From Macrostomum lignano (taxonomy: Eukaryota), in NCBI GenBank assembly GCA_002269645.1, contig NIVC01001980.1, positions 62,001-126,000 on the forward strand: DNA of 64,000 bases. Reading direction: 5' to 3'. The notes under the pieces were generated by a model, which saw only the letters and a list, made by a program, of their open reading frames with translations, was not told where the DNA came from and searched no databases. Within the stretch, counting starts at the first letter, position 1. Every line of letters starts with the position of its first letter. Made by a program: the position numbers and the translations under genes. Below, one piece after another: positions 60,091 through 64,000 of this stretch.

Positions 60091-62682
60091 CAAGAGGCAG
60101 AAGTCAAAGGCAGACAAACCCCCCACGCGGCGCGCAATGTACATGTACAAATTAATCGATAAATTATATCGTGTAAGAATAACAACATACGCCAGTACAT
60201 GTACATAGGTAGAACTACTTTACGAGAATTAATAACGATATGAATGAAATACAAATAATAGAATTAATGCATACGAGGCTACAAAAACAAAGCAATTAAC
60301 TGTAACATTAGCGCAATAATAATGCGTATAGAATATTGTTAAAATAAATTAAAGAATACGTATGCATGCGAGATAAGGAAATACGATCAGATAATTCTAC
60401 GAATTACACTGTCACACGAAATCAAATCTTTTTTGCAGTCTATTGCAGGAATGTTTTCTGTGTTCATATGTTAGTTATGAAGCCAATCTCTGGATGAGTT
60501 TTCTGGCAGTCAGAGTTGCTTTCACTGTTATCTAACAAGCAGTTGAATCTATTTGTGCTCCTTTAAAGACCAGCAGTTTCATTGAAATGCCTTTTAATTT
60601 CCTGCATGCTGAAGCTATCTGTCTAAAGCAGTAAATGTACGATGAAATCTGCAAAGATTATCTACTCCTATTATGTATTGTAAACAAATGTGTATTCCTT
60701 AACATAACATTTCCATTCTGTGCTCATTGGTGTGAGCATTGCTGGTTAATAATGCAATAAAGCTTATCTAAATTAGTAGAGAGCGACTTTCCCAGACCAA
60801 GACAGTGCATTAAAATTGTCCAGAGAATTTCTTGCACTGGAAGCTGAGCTGCTTTGTTCTGATCACGCTATGATTGGGATTGCGGTCGCAGAGGAATTCG
60901 GTGCTAATTTGTACATCCTCTTCGAGCAGTTGCTAGTTGGTCGTAGTCTGAGCTTCCATGCGCACAAAAAGCTAGAGGCAATGCAAAATTAACTGCCCAC
61001 ATCTCCAGGGATTTCTATGTTGCCTATAATCCCAGTCTCTGGCCAATTTTGGTCATTTTTAGAATTTTCCTATTTTCTGCCCCTCCCTTTCCTAAAGTCA
61101 TGAGCTCTGCAAATATCCGCTCGAAGGCCACATGACAGGCAAGTACAGCTTTCGGCACTGGAAAAGGTACTTCGTAACTTTTCCATTAACTCTCCCGTAA
61201 CTTTGTAACTGACTGTGGCACCGCGAGCCGGCCACTCGGCGAGAGCAAGATTAATCCAAACAGGTCGCCCGCTGTCAGGCTGAGTGAAGGTATAAGTAAA
61301 TTTTCTCCAAAGGATTCGACCGGCACGTCTTCGCGCTGAACGAATTTGCATGCCGCCCAGAGCCCGCCAGCCTGATAAATCAATGGAGGAACCGCAGTCT
61401 GTGAATGCCGAACTGCTCATCTGGAAGCTTCTCGTCTGCCCTGCGCCGCTGAAGTGCCGCCTCGGGGAAGTTCGCAGACGCGAAAATCCATTTCATTTAG
61501 GACCTCTGGTTGGCGCTCTTGGCTTTGCAAGACAAAAAATTTACTAAGACATGCCAGCTAGAAAAGAGTACAAGTGACAACCTAAATTTTGAAAAAATGA
61601 GGTCTAAAATTATGTTTCACCACCAGGTTTTCGATCAAAAATTATTACTTCTGTTTTACTACTACTCAAGTCAAGTACGCAAAGTAGTAAAACGACAAAA
61701 CTATTGACACCTTTTTGAAGATCTATTCTTGCTTAAAAAACATTAGCAAAGTTAATTTTGTTCAGTAACCATTACTCAGTAGGGCTTTGATACACTAATT
61801 ATTTCGCCTCTGCAGCTCGTAGTTTGTACAGAGAGGACGTCTTTCTACTGTCAGTAAGTCGTTTTTGACGAGCAGCAAACAATCATAGAATAAAATCGCA
61901 TGCTTATTGTTTCATAAACATTTATGAGCAGTTGTGAACTGCATTCCTTTCTCTGTAGTTTCATACTTTCAATTCATGGTTGGCATGGGCACACGGGGCT
62001 TTTGCTGAAGTGTTCGCAGTGCAGCTGTTCTCTGCAAAACTCTCTATCTCTCGCTGTGTGTCTCCATAGTCAAACACTGTCCAATTTCCTTGACACAGCT
62101 AAATCGACACAGCCGGGTGCCTGGACAGCGCAGGAAAGAATGTTCAATGGCGGCTCTCCTAGCAAATCTCCCTTGCAGTCCTGTCGCAGGGGCACCAGCA
62201 AACGGCTCGCGGACTCCCAGAGCAGGAGCTTCTGCGGGTGCGGAACGGTCCAGCCAGAGTGTGGGGAGGGGGGGGGCAACTAGTCTCAGGAAAGAAAATT
62301 CAGTGCTGTCACGGTGTAGCTTCTCAATCCCTTGTGCCGTCTATGAAATATAACAAAAAATTTATAATACCGCCTGCATGCGAGAACTTGAGAGACACTG
62401 CAAAATAGCTGCAGAGACAGGGAGAGAGAGAGAGGGGGGCAGTCACTGCTTCAAAAAGGATTGGATCGCGCCACACGAGGGGGGGGGGGTAGGCTACGAA
62501 AATCGATCACTAGAATGGCCAGATTGCAAAGAGTCCTGCTGCCCACTGCCCCCCCACTACCCTGCTGGCTTGGCGACTAATAAAATTCAGTTTCCGAGTG
62601 TAACACTTTCCGACAATAATCCGCTCCCTGCACTGCTCACCAAGATTTTCAAATAGAATTATTAATCTACAGAGAAATCGGA

Positions 62683-63594
62683 ATGTCCGACGAGAATTTC
62701 TTGCAGAAATTTCGCGACAAGGACACTCGATCGTTTAAGAATTTCACGGCAGCGCAATTCCTTGAGGTGTGGAATCACTACGACAAGGATGGCAGCGGCT
62801 ACATCGAGGACGAGGAGCTGGACGGCTTCCTGAAGGAGTTCGTGACTTCAATCATTCCGGACCAAATCGGCCAGGAGGTGATCTCGGACAGCGCGCTCAA
62901 GGAGCTCAAAGAGGAGTTCATGCTGGCCTACGACGAGAACGAGGACAATCGAATCGAGATTGGCGAGCTGGCCCAGATGCTGCCGACTGACCAGAGCTTC
63001 CTGCTGCTGTTCCGGCGGGACAATCCGCTCGAATCCAGCGTGGAATTCATGCGCATCTGGAAGCAATTCGACAAGGACAATTCTGGCCAGATTGACAAAG
63101 AGGAACTCAAGGAGTTTCTGCGCTACCTGCTGCAGGAGCGGAACCAGGAGGCCTCGGTGAGCGAGGAGAAGCTGGCCGAGTACGCCGACGCCATCTTGAA
63201 GCTCTTCGACACAAACGGCGACGGTCAGCTGCAGCTGAGCGAGATGGCGAAGCTGCTGCCGGTCAAGGACAACTACCTGAGCCGGCCGCTGCTGAAGAAC
63301 GCCGCTCGGCTGTCCTCGTACGAGATTGACAAAATCTTTCGCAAGTACGACACGGACAAGAGCGGCAAAATCGAGGGCGACGAGCTGGAGGGCTTCCTCA
63401 AGGACCTGCTGGAGCTCACTGGCGAGCAGTTTGACGATCAGAAGATGAAGTTCTTCAAGGAGGTGATCATGGAGCAGTGGGACACTGACAAGGACGGTGG
63501 GATCGGCAAGGATGAGCTGAAGATGATCCTCATGCAGCACAAGCGGATGGCGCAGGAGCAGGAGGCCTATGACAGGGGCCTGTGCGATGAGTGA
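62683..63594 (+). CDS. Cbp53E: Calbindin-32/calretinin-like hexa-EF-hand calcium-binding protein, intronless CDS
   Basis: VWNHYDKDGSGYIE, FLLLFRRDNPLESSVEFMRIW, FDTNGDGQLQLSEMAKLLPVKDN, YDTDKSGKIE. Six EF-hand-like loops. Confidence 0.93.
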   Translation: MSDENFLQKFRDKDTRSFKNFTAAQFLEVWNHYDKDGSGYIEDEELDGFLKEFVTSIIPDQIGQEVISDSALKELKEEFMLAYDENEDNRIEIGELAQMLPTDQSFLLLFRRDNPLESSVEFMRIWKQFDKDNSGQIDKEELKEFLRYLLQERNQEASVSEEKLAEYADAILKLFDTNGDGQLQLSEMAKLLPVKDNYLSRPLLKNAARLSSYEIDKIFRKYDTDKSGKIEGDELEGFLKDLLELTGEQFDDQKMKFFKEVIMEQWDTDKDGGIGKDELKMILMQHKRMAQEQEAYDRGLCDE

Positions 63595-63644
63595 GGCGAT
63601 TTCTGAGAGCTTTGGACCTCAGTGCTGTCAGTCTCTTCTCTGTC

Positions 63645-63650
63645 AATAAA
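63645..63650 (+). terminator. Candidate polyadenylation signal of the calbindin-like gene
   Basis: AATAAA about 50 nt after the stop codon. Confidence 0.5.
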
Positions 63651-64000
63651 AGTTCCATTTCTAGAGGAGAGTCATGTCTGATATCTAAACAAATGTCAGC
63701 CTGCTTTTTCATCGCACCAGATGCTCCACAGCTGCTCTACATGTAGGTTCTAGACAGTTAATTATTAATTAGCTACTCAATCCAGATTCAAAAGCACATT
63801 ATATTGACCATAGTTTGTTGTTAAACTTCTGTTAATTTTATTAATAGCCTAAATAGAATCTATAACTGTCTAAAATATGAATAAATCTTTTTCTTAACCG
63901 CGCTGAATATACTTTTCCGCACCGCAATTTTAATTAATCACGCATTGACAAGTTTAATTAGTTTGAAGGAAGCGCTTTAACCTTTTAAAGTATTAAACCT

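Noticed and set aside
60430-60960. Possible decayed LINE/RT fragment on the minus strand
   Set aside because: Short open stretches with several stops and no identifiable motif.

Overview
Eukaryotic (metazoan) genomic DNA with GT-AG spliced genes separated by very repeat-rich spacers. The GC-rich exons, TTAGGG-type repeats and introns packed with unrelated minisatellites would fit a flatworm such as Macrostomum, but that is an inference. Host genes: GDAP2 (-), an OSER1/DUF776-like gene (-), inositol monophosphatase (+), ESRP/fusilli (+), dynein light chain roadblock (-) and a calbindin-32/calretinin-like hexa-EF-hand gene (+). The most interesting object is an apparently intact Ngaro-type tyrosine-recombinase retrotransposon (15293-19798, -) inside a formerly 75-bp IMPase intron. 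It has A1-ORFs-B1-A2-B2 split direct repeats, a Gag that starts with a SAP domain, and a textbook -1 frameshift cassette at the Gag stop (A_AAA_AAC, 7-nt spacer, 8-bp GC hairpin) that would fuse Gag to RT/RNase H. Its YR ORF lacks a usable ATG but is preceded by a strong splice acceptor. A second, internally deleted Ngaro family copy lies at 47175-48427. A THAP-carrying TIR element is nested in another TIR element at 40910-42559. There are also many MITEs, two CORE-like tRNA-SINE copies and two large satellites. All coordinates were read by eye. Repeat boundaries are approximate, exon boundaries were checked for phase, and no database searches were run.
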